Below, in pieces: positions 30,325 through 40,700 of a stretch of 64,000 nucleotides of DNA. How positions within the stretch are numbered: the stretch's first letter is position 1; each line of letters starts with the position of its first letter. The translations under genes and the position numbers were made by a program. The notes under the pieces are model-generated. The model searched no databases. It was not told the DNA's origin and was given only the letters and a program-made list of their open reading frames with translations. Source of the DNA: a virus; the IMG/VR virus record IMGVR_UViG_3300042399_002267; one strand, written 5' to 3'.

Positions 30325-31535
30325 TTTTCTACCTTATATTCTGGAAAATATTTAACAAATACATCATTACTAATGTCTCTAGATTTGCAAATTCTTTCCC
30401 TTATTTCATCATAAAAATTCCAAGCCAGTGGGACAAAACATATCTTTTCAATATTATTTTGAAGAAGTGCAATAGAGCAGATTTCAATGTCTTGTCCAGG
30501 AGTAAGATATCCCCATTTCATTTCATTATCATCAATAATATAATCTAACTTATATTCTATATAATTAAGTAAAGTATTACCCTTAGCAGCTGCCCCATAA
30601 CCAACTAATAAATATCCAGCATCACGAAACTCTTGTAAGCCTTGCAATAATTTGGATTTTGTTTCCGAAGCTTTGTTTGCAAATGAAAAATATTTTTCAA
30701 CTGTGTAAGTATTGTTATATGACTCAATACCCATCAATTCATCAAGTTCTTTTTCATCACAAGATTCATTTTGTAAAGAAAATAAGAAAGATTTGCTGTG
30801 TATGTCAGTTTTGACAATACTAGATACATACATCTCATGGTTTCTGGCTAATTTCTTTATTGAACTACCAGTAAAATAAGATGAGTGCTCATGATAAATA
30901 ACATCAAATTCATTATTCAAAAACATATCGCATTGAGACGTTTGAATAAATATTTTACCGCCTGGTGCTAAAACATTTTTACATGCCCTGATAAATTCAT
31001 TAGGATCTGGAACATGAGGTAAAACATGGAAAGCTAATATTAAATCAAATAGTTTTTCTTTTTGTTTTAACGTATTAGAAAATCTCATACCCCAAAAATC
31101 AACAAACACATTTAGATTTCTTTTTGCTGCTAGTTCATGAATATTTTTGGCAGGATCTACACCTACACACTCAAATCCATCTTTTTGAAAAATTTCAAGA
31201 AAAAGACCAGAATTACAGGCAATTTCTAAAACTCTGCCTGTCTTGAAACCAGATTCATTTACAATATAGTCTTTTGCCCATATGAAATAATCTGTTAATG
31301 TTTTCGTAGTATCGGAAATATACAAATAATGCTCAAACATTTCTGATGGCTCTACAGAAACAGATAACTGTGAATGCCAACAATTTAGGCATACTCTCAT
31401 TCTCAACGGAAATTTCTTTAGCTGTTCCCCGTGATGGTAAGAATTAGCAAGCGGTTGATCATTGAGGTCAAGATATTCAATTTCTACTGGCTCTTGACAA
31501 ACTAAACAATATTTATTCTCTGTATATCCTGACAT
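30321..31535 (-). CDS. NDP-hexose C-methyltransferase
   Basis: Zn finger CLVC…CLNC, VLEIACNSG, YHEHSSYF and C-terminal GYGAAAKGNTLLNY. Start at ATG 31535 is coupled to the upstream stop. Confidence 0.85.
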   Translation of the reverse strand: MSGYTENKYCLVCQEPVEIEYLDLNDQPLANSYHHGEQLKKFPLRMRVCLNCWHSQLSVSVEPSEMFEHYLYISDTTKTLTDYFIWAKDYIVNESGFKTGRVLEIACNSGLFLEIFQKDGFECVGVDPAKNIHELAAKRNLNVFVDFWGMRFSNTLKQKEKLFDLILAFHVLPHVPDPNEFIRACKNVLAPGGKIFIQTSQCDMFLNNEFDVIYHEHSSYFTGSSIKKLARNHEMYVSSIVKTDIHSKSFLFSLQNESCDEKELDELMGIESYNNTYTVEKYFSFANKASETKSKLLQGLQEFRDAGYLLVGYGAAAKGNTLLNYIEYKLDYIIDDNEMKWGYLTPGQDIEICSIALLQNNIEKICFVPLAWNFYDEIRERICKSRDISNDVFVKYFPEYKVEK

Positions 31536-32425
31536 TAAAAATTTTCTCTCTTTGCCCATTTATTATTTGTAGGGTTTACTAATAATGATTTCACAATATT
31601 TTCAATACCATCTTCAAACTTAAAATTAAATGTTTCAATAAATTTGTTAGATGATATTTTAAAATCATATGTAAAAGTTTTGCCTTTATCAACAAATTCG
31701 GAATCAGTGAGCTCCGCAACTTTTTTACCAATATTTGTAACATTTTCATTAAATGACGCTAAGTTGTATATGCCTCTTTTATCTTCGTCAGAACATACAA
31801 TAGCTTCAACCCCACGACATAAATCATTTATAGACAATATAGGTCTGTATACTTGACCATTAAAAACATTTACTTGATTTGTTTTCATTGCAGAAAATGT
31901 CATAGAATTAATCATCAAATCAAGTCTTGTATTTGGAGACCATCCATTCACACTACCAAACCTTAATCCATAAAATTCAATATCACTCAATGCTGCAAAA
32001 TGATCAATAGTAGTTTTAGTAAGTGTTAAACCATCAATTGGATTTAAAGCACTATTTTCAGTTTTCTCATCTTCACCTGATGCAACGTACACACAAGAGC
32101 TGGATGCATAAATAAACTTTTGTTTATTTAATTTCTTCATCAGATTCACAAATTTAATTACATTATTGTTAAATGTGTCATGCAAATCAGAGCATAGTTG
32201 TACTGATGAATTAGCAGCAGTAAGAACTACAACATCAAATGAATCAAGATATTTTTTTGAAAGCAAATCATAGTCTGTTTTGAAATTAGAAAGATTCTCA
32301 GTTTCATTGAAGTTTCCAAAATATTCAAGATCAACAGTATGAACATCAAAATTCAATTTCTTGAAATATAATCTTAGTGCTGAACCAATATAACCACATC
32401 CACCAATAAGTAGAATTTTTTTCAT
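31535..32425 (-). CDS. NAD-dependent epimerase/dehydratase
   Basis: LLIGGCGYIG, YASSSCVY, GLRFGSVNG, RLDLMIN. Confidence 0.85.
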   Translation of the reverse strand: MKKILLIGGCGYIGSALRLYFKKLNFDVHTVDLEYFGNFNETENLSNFKTDYDLLSKKYLDSFDVVVLTAANSSVQLCSDLHDTFNNNVIKFVNLMKKLNKQKFIYASSSCVYVASGEDEKTENSALNPIDGLTLTKTTIDHFAALSDIEFYGLRFGSVNGWSPNTRLDLMINSMTFSAMKTNQVNVFNGQVYRPILSINDLCRGVEAIVCSDEDKRGIYNLASFNENVTNIGKKVAELTDSEFVDKGKTFTYDFKISSNKFIETFNFKFEDGIENIVKSLLVNPTNNKWAKRENF

Positions 32426-32434
32426 AATATTATA

Positions 32435-33316
32435 TTATATCATAAAACTAAAAGAATTTTTAGTTTTCTTTTTAAGACAAAAATTCAGAGAATATGGTCT
32501 TAACGAATTTGTCCGATTGATCAAGTCATTATCAAAAAGATAACTTTGATTATTTCCCAGAAATGGATAACTTTGTATTTCAAAATATTCAGAAAATAAT
32601 TCTTTCCATTGGTCTTTGCTATTTGTTGAATTATGATAGCCTTCCCATATTCTATCTATGTTGATATCTCCTAAATCTCTTGGATTACCCCAGATACTCT
32701 TAGAAATTCCACGATCAATATTTAAAGTAGATTTAGGACCATAGACTTGATTAGATGATATATCATAATAATATTGATTTTTACCATCAGGTGAATCAGG
32801 AAAACTTTCATCCGGTGGACCATTTTGTTTGTGTAAGTGAAAATGATTTTGACCAAATGGAACATTACCTATTAAAATTGATTCTAAGTGCATAATATTT
32901 ACTAGTTTTTCAAATAAATTGCACAATGAATCTTTACTAAGATGTTCAAAAAATTCTGATGCATGAATTACATCAAATTTAATTGGCAAACCATCTTTTA
33001 ATATTTCAAATGGATATCTCAAATCAACATTAAATAAACACTCTTGGTAATGGTCTCTCCAGCAATGTAAATTATTCTTGTATGCAAAATCACTACCTTC
33101 TAATCCAACTGCTGTATGCCCAAGATTATAAAAATCTGTGATAAATTGTCCACCAGCACACCCTAAATCCAATATGTTAATTTTATCTTTATTTATAAAT
33201 TTTTCTATTTGATGAATTAATAAAGGATTAGTATTATTGTCAAAAAATATACCATCAGGAAAAATATGATCCGGTATATCTAGCGCTACTGGATTATCTG
33301 TTTTAATTTCAATCAT
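32435..33316 (-). CDS. class I SAM-dependent methyltransferase
   Basis: ILDLGCAGG, VGLEGS, FDVIHASEFFEH. Confidence 0.8.
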   Translation of the reverse strand: MIEIKTDNPVALDIPDHIFPDGIFFDNNTNPLLIHQIEKFINKDKINILDLGCAGGQFITDFYNLGHTAVGLEGSDFAYKNNLHCWRDHYQECLFNVDLRYPFEILKDGLPIKFDVIHASEFFEHLSKDSLCNLFEKLVNIMHLESILIGNVPFGQNHFHLHKQNGPPDESFPDSPDGKNQYYYDISSNQVYGPKSTLNIDRGISKSIWGNPRDLGDINIDRIWEGYHNSTNSKDQWKELFSEYFEIQSYPFLGNNQSYLFDNDLINRTNSLRPYSLNFCLKKKTKNSFSFMI

Positions 33317-33344
33317 TGATATTCCTCATAACCAATTGTACAAT
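33316..33344 (+). promoter_or_regulatory. sigma70-type leaderless promoter TTGATA-N17-TACAAT-N6-ATG
   Basis: -35 at 33316-33321, -10 at 33339-33344, ATG at 33351, no SD. Confidence 0.65.
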
Positions 33345-33350
33345 ATATCT

Positions 33351-34328
33351 ATGATTACAAGCAAAACTCCATATAGAATAAGTTTTTTTGGTGGCGGAAG
33401 TGACTTGGAATCTTATTATGAAAAAAATACTGGATATGTAATTTCTACATCAATAGACAAGTATATATATCTTAGTATTAATAAAAAATACGAAAAATCA
33501 ATACGTGTAAATTATTCAAAAACTGAAAATGTTAATAATGTAAGTGAAATTAAACACGATATTGTTAGAGAAGTATTGAAATATTTTGAGTTAACAAGTT
33601 ATTTGGATATTACTTGTGTGGGAGAACTTCCATCCAACGGTACTGGACTTGGTTCGTCAAGTGCATTTACTGTTGGTTTGATCAGTGCATTAAATAAATA
33701 TTTAAGATTGAAACTATCTACTCATGAAATTGCTAATTTAGCATGCCATGTTGAAATAGAAATATTGGGAAAATGCATAGGTAAGCAAGATCAATATGCT
33801 TCAGCATTTGGTGGGTTTAATGAAATAATATTTGAAAAAGATGGAAATGTTCTTGTCAATCCATTGAATGTTTCAAAAGACTTAATTGCCCATTTACAAA
33901 ACAATCTTTTGCTTCTTGACACAAAAAATCCAAGAAATGCAGAAGATATTTTAGTTAAACAATCTGATAACATTAAAAAAAGTTCAAATGTATCTGACAA
34001 TCTTTCGAAAATGATTGATTTAGCAAAAAATTTCAAAGATATGTTGCAGAAAAATGATATAGACAATGTTGGTTATTTATTGCATGAATCATGGATCTTG
34101 AAAAAGAATCTTAGTGATTCTATAAGTAGTAATCATATTGATCAGATGTATGACTTTTGTATGAGCCTTGGAGCAGAAGGTGGAAAATTATTAGGAGCTG
34201 GTGGCGGTGGATTTCTATTAATTTATGCTAAGCCTGATATAAAAAAGAAAATTAAAAATTTCTTTTCAGATTACAATCCATCAGATATCAAAATAAATAC
34301 AAATGGCACTATTGCTAAATATATATAG
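33351..34328 (+). CDS. hddA: GHMP-family sugar kinase (HddA/WcbL-like heptose-7-phosphate kinase)
   Basis: TPYRISFFGGGSD, GTGLGSSSA, GKQDQY, GGKLLGAGGGGF. Confidence 0.85.
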   Translation: MITSKTPYRISFFGGGSDLESYYEKNTGYVISTSIDKYIYLSINKKYEKSIRVNYSKTENVNNVSEIKHDIVREVLKYFELTSYLDITCVGELPSNGTGLGSSSAFTVGLISALNKYLRLKLSTHEIANLACHVEIEILGKCIGKQDQYASAFGGFNEIIFEKDGNVLVNPLNVSKDLIAHLQNNLLLLDTKNPRNAEDILVKQSDNIKKSSNVSDNLSKMIDLAKNFKDMLQKNDIDNVGYLLHESWILKKNLSDSISSNHIDQMYDFCMSLGAEGGKLLGAGGGGFLLIYAKPDIKKKIKNFFSDYNPSDIKINTNGTIAKYI

Positions 34329-34333
34329 TTAAA

Positions 34334-34365
34334 AAAATAAGGGGAGAAAAATCTCCCCTTATTTT
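34334..34365. terminator. bidirectional rho-independent terminator between hddA and MCP
   Basis: AAAATAAGGGGAGA-aaaa-TCTCCCCTTATTTT between convergent genes. Confidence 0.85.
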
Positions 34366-34380
34366 ATATAGTGTCAGTAA

Positions 34381-35235
34381 TTAGCTGACGGTGATTCTGG
34401 AAACTGCGTAATCGTTGATTAATGCAAATCCGAGTTCTTCGTAAACAACCCATCCAAGTCTGAGTCTCTTTGGATCGTCAGCTGGGAGGACAGTGATGTC
34501 TTGGCGAACTGGGAGAGCACCAACGAATTGTGCAGGTGCGAGAACGTATACAGAGTTCTTAGGAACCATTGTGGAAACGTGGATGTCTGCGGAATAAATA
34601 TGTCCGTAGAGACCAGTCATAAGAACGTCTCTTTGAGTTGCCTCATCGAAGAATTCCTTACCCCAGTTTCTGATATCCTTGTATCTTTGTGGGTGAAGAA
34701 CAACCTTAGCACCAATGAGTTCGTGCTCTTCGATGAGAGTCAACGCAAGGTTGATGTTCTCTGGTTGAAGAGTACCGGAAACAGTGATAGCTTGGTCAGT
34801 TGGAACACCAGCATTGACAACCTTGAAGACTTCTGTATCTTCTTGTCTTTGGAGGGAATCCTTTGCGCGAACCTGTGCTCTATCGACAATGTAAAATCTT
34901 CTTTGGCGAATTTCGTTAAGTCTGATTTGTGGATGTGCAGCAAGTTCAATTGTTGGGACAAGGAGCTCTTCAGCTTCAACTTCAGCAGAAGGAACAGCGC
35001 CTCTCTTAGGAATAACATAGGACTTTACAGCTACATCTCTCTCATATCTTGCAAGAGCGCCTTGTGGGAGCTCATCAACCATGAGAAGTTTTCTACCGAT
35101 AGCTTGGTACATAAGGGAAGTCTTGATTGGCTCAACCATAGCTTGAGCTAATGCTGTGCGTCCCTCAGGAGTTTCGAGAGCCATCGCAATGATAGCTTCT
35201 CTCTGCTCGTTTGTATTTCTTTTGATCATTGACAT
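34381..35235 (-). CDS. major capsid protein (HK97 fold, 284 aa)
   Basis: Last gene of the protease-scaffold-decoration block, with strong SD AGGAG and high-expression codon bias. HK97-like E-loop/P-domain pattern (…RAKDSLQRQED…VVLHP…GLYGHIYSADIHVS…EELGFALIN). Confidence 0.85.
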   Translation of the reverse strand: MSMIKRNTNEQREAIIAMALETPEGRTALAQAMVEPIKTSLMYQAIGRKLLMVDELPQGALARYERDVAVKSYVIPKRGAVPSAEVEAEELLVPTIELAAHPQIRLNEIRQRRFYIVDRAQVRAKDSLQRQEDTEVFKVVNAGVPTDQAITVSGTLQPENINLALTLIEEHELIGAKVVLHPQRYKDIRNWGKEFFDEATQRDVLMTGLYGHIYSADIHVSTMVPKNSVYVLAPAQFVGALPVRQDITVLPADDPKRLRLGWVVYEELGFALINDYAVSRITVS

Positions 35236-35264
35236 TTTATTTTTCTCCTAATATCTTCCTAAAA

Positions 35265-35942
35265 TTAGAGTGCACTTAACTGGGTGAAGTAAAGAAGACC
35301 AGTTGCGGAATCGTAACTGTCAACTCTACCTACAACGAAGCCGTGTGAGGAACCAGTACCGGAAAGAAGACCAGTCATACCAATCTTGGTAACTTTTCCA
35401 GATGAACCTACAGCAGCAGCAACAGTTAAGAGATCACCGATTGCAGGTGTCCATGCTGAACCAGCTGTATCATCAGCAGTAGCAGAAGTTGTTGCAAAAC
35501 CAATAAATCTGTCAGTAATGAACTGACCACCTGGGGTGTTGAATGCAGCAACGCCTCTTCTAGGACCTTCAAAACCAGTTGAACCAGCTGTTGGGTTAGT
35601 AACAGTATTGACGTTCTCAGCTAAGAAGTCAGCAATTGCTCTCTTTGCAACGACATAGAATGCGTTGTTGTTAGCAACAAAGTTGCCAGATGAGTCGGTG
35701 TAAGATGCACCAACTGGATCAGCCAAGATCATGGTGTTACCAGATCTAGCTGTATCGTCAGCTGAGAAACCAACGAATCTACCTAATTGAAGGGAGTTGT
35801 TGTTGAAGTCAGATCTGTTTCTATAAGCTGGAACTACCTTGCCGTTAGCTTCAATCATTAAAGCGTCACCAGCAAAGATAACAGCACCAGCGAGTGTGTC
35901 ATAGTTTGCAACAATTGCAGAATTTAATGCACGAATAGCCAT
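35265..35942 (-). CDS. capsid decoration/cement protein
   Basis: A/G/T-rich 225 aa directly upstream of MCP, SD AGGAG, same codon bias. Confidence 0.65.
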   Translation of the reverse strand: MAIRALNSAIVANYDTLAGAVIFAGDALMIEANGKVVPAYRNRSDFNNNSLQLGRFVGFSADDTARSGNTMILADPVGASYTDSSGNFVANNNAFYVVAKRAIADFLAENVNTVTNPTAGSTGFEGPRRGVAAFNTPGGQFITDRFIGFATTSATADDTAGSAWTPAIGDLLTVAAAVGSSGKVTKIGMTGLLSGTGSSHGFVVGRVDSYDSATGLLYFTQLSAL

Positions 35943-35972
35943 TTTTTATTCTCCTAAATTTGTGTTTGAGGA

Positions 35973-37652
35973 CTAATCCTCGATTTGTGGCATTGACCAA
36001 GTGCCTCTAAGGGCAGATTGGATGTCGAGAGCTGCATTATTGACATTGCTGCCACTAAATGCAGGGGTTGTAGAAATACCAAGTGTAGATGCTGTTCTGG
36101 TATTACTCATTCTCTCAGCAGCTGCAGCAGCAACTCTTTCAGAAGATGCTTGTGCAGATTTGAGTAGAAGTTTGGTTTGTCTGATCATAGCGTCAGCCTT
36201 AAGGTTGTCGTTTAACATTTGATCAGCATATGCATCAACTTCAGATGTTTCAATGATTCCAGCTAATGCTAGTTTACTTGAACATGAATAAGCTGCTTTA
36301 ATTCTGGCTTTTTCAAGATCAGAAGAAGATGTCATCAACTTGACCTGATCACCAGGAGTTTGCTTGACTGTGACAGTTGCAGCATCCTTATCAGAATAGG
36401 TGCCCTTATTCATCATTTCAGAATAGTTGTCTTTTTCCATCTTTGCGCAGTTTGAACATTCAGTTTTTTCATCATGCATTTCAGCATCTGTCATTGATGT
36501 TTCATATCCACATGTTGTACACTTGACTGCATGTCTTTGTGCTTGAGCAACAGTGGTCTTATGTGGCATTGATGGCATTTGAGTAGGAACCTCAAAATAC
36601 TTTGCATCAAGTCCTTCTGATGGATTCTCTAATGAATCCCAATCCACTGTATACTCTAAAGAGCCATCGCCTGAACCTTCGAACTTGCTAGGCTTAGTGA
36701 TATCTGGGAATTGTAAAGAATCAGGGATGTTTGTAGGAACTTTTTGGTCAGCAAATGAAGGGTTCTGTTCCTTGAGAGAATTCCCATCACTTCCTTCTAA
36801 TGTCATAGAAGGATATTCTACTTCACCTGGCATGTTTACCATGTCTTCGTTGTACTTGAATCCTGCTGACGCTGGATATTGCTCTTCCTCTGAAGCAATC
36901 TTCTTAAGAATAGCCTCTCTCTCAGCACGTCTAGCAGCTAATGCTTGTTTAGTCATTTTGTTCACTCCATTACTTGTGTGCATTTTAGGCTCGGAATCTA
37001 ATTCCATTTCATCTTCATCAATGTCCATGTCGTCTTCTGAATCCATATCTGAATCCATATCGTCTGAATCAGTATCCATGTCAGAATCATCTTCCATGTC
37101 CTCATCATCAAGATCAACGTCCATGTCCATATCATCTTCTCCGCCTAGAAGATTGTCGAGCGCTTTCTGCACTGCTTTCTGTGCAACGTCAACCATATCA
37201 GCGGGAACTTCTATTTCAAACGTAGCCATCTCTTCAACATCGTCTACTTCGTCTTCGTCATCATTTAAATCGTCTTCTAAATCATCTTCATCATCTTCGA
37301 TGTCTTCGTCCATGTCTTCCATGTCTTCGTCATCTTCAAATTGATGCATTTCAATTTCTTCATCTTCTGTTTCATCGTTTGCGAAGTCTGCAGTCTCTTC
37401 TGCCCCACCGTCAAGATTGATCATTTTATTGACATGCATTTCGTCCATGCCTGCTTCTCTGGCAACTGACGGTAAATATTTAGCTCTTATTGCATTAGCG
37501 ACAATGGCAGCTTCATCTTTGTTTAAAGATGCAGTTTTTACCATGTCATTGACACATGAGTTAAAATCTTCCTTGTCAGTAACTTGAAGTTCAGCAAGAC
37601 GAAGCGCAGCTAATCTTTGTTGGTGATCGGCATTCGTCATATTTTCTTTCAT
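35973..37652 (-). CDS. capsid scaffolding-like protein with a highly acidic region
   Basis: D/E/M-rich tract, a CxxC…CxxC pair and a helical C-terminus. Located between protease and capsid genes. Confidence 0.6.
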   Translation of the reverse strand: MKENMTNADHQQRLAALRLAELQVTDKEDFNSCVNDMVKTASLNKDEAAIVANAIRAKYLPSVAREAGMDEMHVNKMINLDGGAEETADFANDETEDEEIEMHQFEDDEDMEDMDEDIEDDEDDLEDDLNDDEDEVDDVEEMATFEIEVPADMVDVAQKAVQKALDNLLGGEDDMDMDVDLDDEDMEDDSDMDTDSDDMDSDMDSEDDMDIDEDEMELDSEPKMHTSNGVNKMTKQALAARRAEREAILKKIASEEEQYPASAGFKYNEDMVNMPGEVEYPSMTLEGSDGNSLKEQNPSFADQKVPTNIPDSLQFPDITKPSKFEGSGDGSLEYTVDWDSLENPSEGLDAKYFEVPTQMPSMPHKTTVAQAQRHAVKCTTCGYETSMTDAEMHDEKTECSNCAKMEKDNYSEMMNKGTYSDKDAATVTVKQTPGDQVKLMTSSSDLEKARIKAAYSCSSKLALAGIIETSEVDAYADQMLNDNLKADAMIRQTKLLLKSAQASSERVAAAAAERMSNTRTASTLGISTTPAFSGSNVNNAALDIQSALRGTWSMPQIED

Positions 37653-37713
37653 TTTCTGCTGCTTCCCTTAATTAAAATACAAAATCTTGTATTACAAGAA
37701 ACTGTTATTTTTC

Positions 37714-37738
37714 TTCTATTTTTAAATAGTTTTTACCT
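37714..37738 (-). promoter_or_regulatory. candidate late promoter AGGT-N16-TAGAA for scaffold/decoration/MCP
   Basis: CAGGTAAAAActatttaaaaaTAGAA, nearly identical to the site at 42004-42028. Confidence 0.6.
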
Positions 37739-37781
37739 GCAAAATAGAGGAAGAATGGCTTCTTCCTCTATTTGTACATAT

Positions 37782-40700
37782 TTAGTCAATCCAAGTGATA
37801 TTTACATCAAGTTTTGATGGATTCTTCTTGTTTTGGCTTACAACTGTTTTTGAGTAGTTTCCACAATCATAACAGAATGTATTATTTTTAACCTTATGTG
37901 CTTCTCTATTTCCACACTTAGGGCAAATCATACCAATTGGTAATCTTTTTTCGGTTGTTTTATCAAAATCTGGCATTGCTGTTCTAAGATAAACATCGGA
38001 ATCAACTGTAGCAGCCAATCTGTACATAGCTTTGTATGATGCCATTGGCGCCATAGCACCAGGAGCTCCCATAGGTGGAGCAGGAGGAACTTCAGTTGGT
38101 GCAGTTGCAGCACCTAATCCCATGTCTTCTCCCATGCCTAAATCAGGTAACTCTTCTGCGCCTTTTCCATTGCTTCCCATTGAGACAAGTTCAATCGATT
38201 GAAGAACCTTGTATGTGGTACCACATGCTTGGCAATCTGCATTTGATTCAGAAATGTTTACATCATCAGAGCCACAAACTGGACAAACTGAACCCCAAGG
38301 CTTGATTGCACCAGGCTCAGAGATTTGATCATTAGGATCAGATGCATTCATCTCATCCCCACCAGTCATAGCACTGATACCTAAATCTCCACCTGGAACA
38401 GCAGATGCATCTGGTGCAGGTTGACCAAGATTAGGATCTACAGGACCTGCAGGAGGAGCTGCCGGTGTCATGCCCGGAACTTGTGCATATTTGAGAAGAA
38501 TTTGATTTCTCTTAGCTTCTCTTGATGCTTTGGCAGATGCTGTCATAACAACAACTGGTTCTTCAGTAATCTCGCCAACTGACTCATGTCCAGCATCATG
38601 TTCGGACATCATGGAATCAGAACCATTTGAAACATCAAATGATTTTGTTGATCTTGTTGAAACAGTAGCAGTTACGTCACCATTAGCAGTGACAATCAAA
38701 TCTGTGAATGAGAAAGTATTTGGATCTACTGTAAAACCATGCTCTTGAAGTACAGATATAGCCTTTTGCTTGAATGTTTCTTCAAATGCATCATCAGAAG
38801 GATTAACGCCCTCTAAATCATCTTTTGTGCATACAAATCTCAAGCATTCAGATTTATCTTGAGTTACTTGAATACCAGCAGTTCTTTCTGAGGATCTTTT
38901 GATTTGAATTGCCTTAGTTAGTAATTTCTCAGCCAAATCATAATCTTCAACAAGTCTCTTAGCAGCTACAACAATTGATTTTGTAGGAATGTCAAAGTTA
39001 GTTGAATAATCAGCGAGCCAACCAATAACATTGTTGTCAATATTGTCAGCAGATGCAGTTCTTACTCCCCAGAAATCTCTTCTTTCTCTGGATCTAAGTC
39101 TAGCATCGGTGGAAGATGCTGTTTTAGCTCTGGTGATAGCAGCAATCATTTGTTTTTCTGGCATTGATTGCATACTGTCGATAACTTCACTAGGTGTAGT
39201 TCCAGTTTCTTCACTTGCCATAGCGCCTGCAGAAATGACAGACTTTATTGCTTCTTTGGATGGTAACTTTTCATCTTTATCAACAGCTGATTGAAGAGCA
39301 GATTTTAATTCTTCTGTTTTAGAAGAAGGAGCTTCAACATCTAAGCCTTCAGAAGGTACGCTAACGTCCATCATTAATGAACCAATAATGTTCATAATGC
39401 CTTCTTTGGTAATTGCGCTATCTTCTGCTACTACTGCGATTGCATCCGCCAAGTCTTTAGCAGTGATAGTTGATGTTACTGCATCACCAAGTTGCTTGAG
39501 AATAGCAGCAACTGAATTATCAGGTTCTACATCTTTGCTGAAGAAGTCAGCATTATCAGCTTCATCTGCTCTCATTTCACTTCCTGCAGCAGAGGTGCCA
39601 ATCATTTCAGGCAACATTGGTTCTTCTGCAAGCATTTGTGCAACTTTGATGATTTTGTCAGGAGTTTCCATTGCAGAAACAACAGATCTACCAAGTGCAT
39701 TAATTGTTGCAGACATAATTTCATGAGCAGATGCAGAACCTTCAGTTCTACTTTCAGAAAGTCTCTTTTCAATTACTTCTGTAGGAACGCCTTTAGCAAC
39801 TTCAGCAACTAATTCTGTAAGAGTTTTCATAACTTCAGAATCTTTTACTCTATGTGCATAAAGTCCAGCTTCACCTAGTAAAATTTCTTTTACATCTTCA
39901 GCGCCTTTACCAGTTTGTTTGGATTCAAGTAATTCTTCTCTTACTTTATTCATAACACCAGTATTTTTGCTTTTGACACCATCTTGAAGATTGTCGTAAG
40001 TTTCACCAGTTCTTACTTCTTCAAGTTGCTCTTGTCTTGATTCAAGTCTTTCTTTGACATCAAGCAATGCAGTTCTTACAAAACCAGAATATTGATTTAA
40101 TAATTCTGCAGCAACTTTAGTACCTTGACCATTCTCCATCATGTTAAGTTGAGATTCAGTCAAAATAGGCTCCCAGCTATTTCTCTTGCCGTTGGTAAAT
40201 CCTGTGATGGAACCATCTGTAGAGAGAACAACTTTATTTCCTGCAGCATCTTCGACTTTAAAATCGATAGTTACAGCAGCAGCAAGCTTTTTTCTTTGTT
40301 CTGATGCGATTTTTGCAAAATGATCCATTTCGTTTCTGCCCTCCGCCCCATTATTTTTTGGCGTGTTATTTTTGATATTTTTGTTTCGTTCATTAGCTAC
40401 TCTAATGACTGATTCAATACTGCTTTGAACATCTCTTGAATATCCAATAGAATTCTTAAGTTCTAAAAGACTTTGTGAAAATGACAAAACTTTATTTGTT
40501 TTCTCAGGTGTTTTATACCCATTACTTGCAAACACTTCTCTAGAACCATCATTTGATGCCCATACAAAATGAAGATCAGATGATGCTAGTGCTACACCGC
40601 CACCTACAGGAGATGTTTCTTGCGGTAAAGATAAATCCATTACTCTTCCAACATTTCCCATTGGAGAATAATTAGCAAGACCTACAGGCGCTGCAGCTTG

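Noticed and set aside
20750-34328. Bacterial O-antigen locus or prophage boundary
   Set aside because: There is no wzx/wzy/ABC exporter or housekeeping flank. The island is bounded on both sides by virion genes and matches their composition.
34381-35235. Cellular encapsulin operon
   Set aside because: The gene is linked to a portal, terminase, protease and tail genes, so it is a phage capsid.
34501-39726. Long alternative-frame ORFs (34501-35151, 34740-35018, 36685-37344, 39388-39726) and similar ones elsewhere (9189-9578, 14666-15559)
   Set aside because: These are shadows of strongly codon-biased real genes, Ser/Leu/Phe-rich, with no RBS or motifs.
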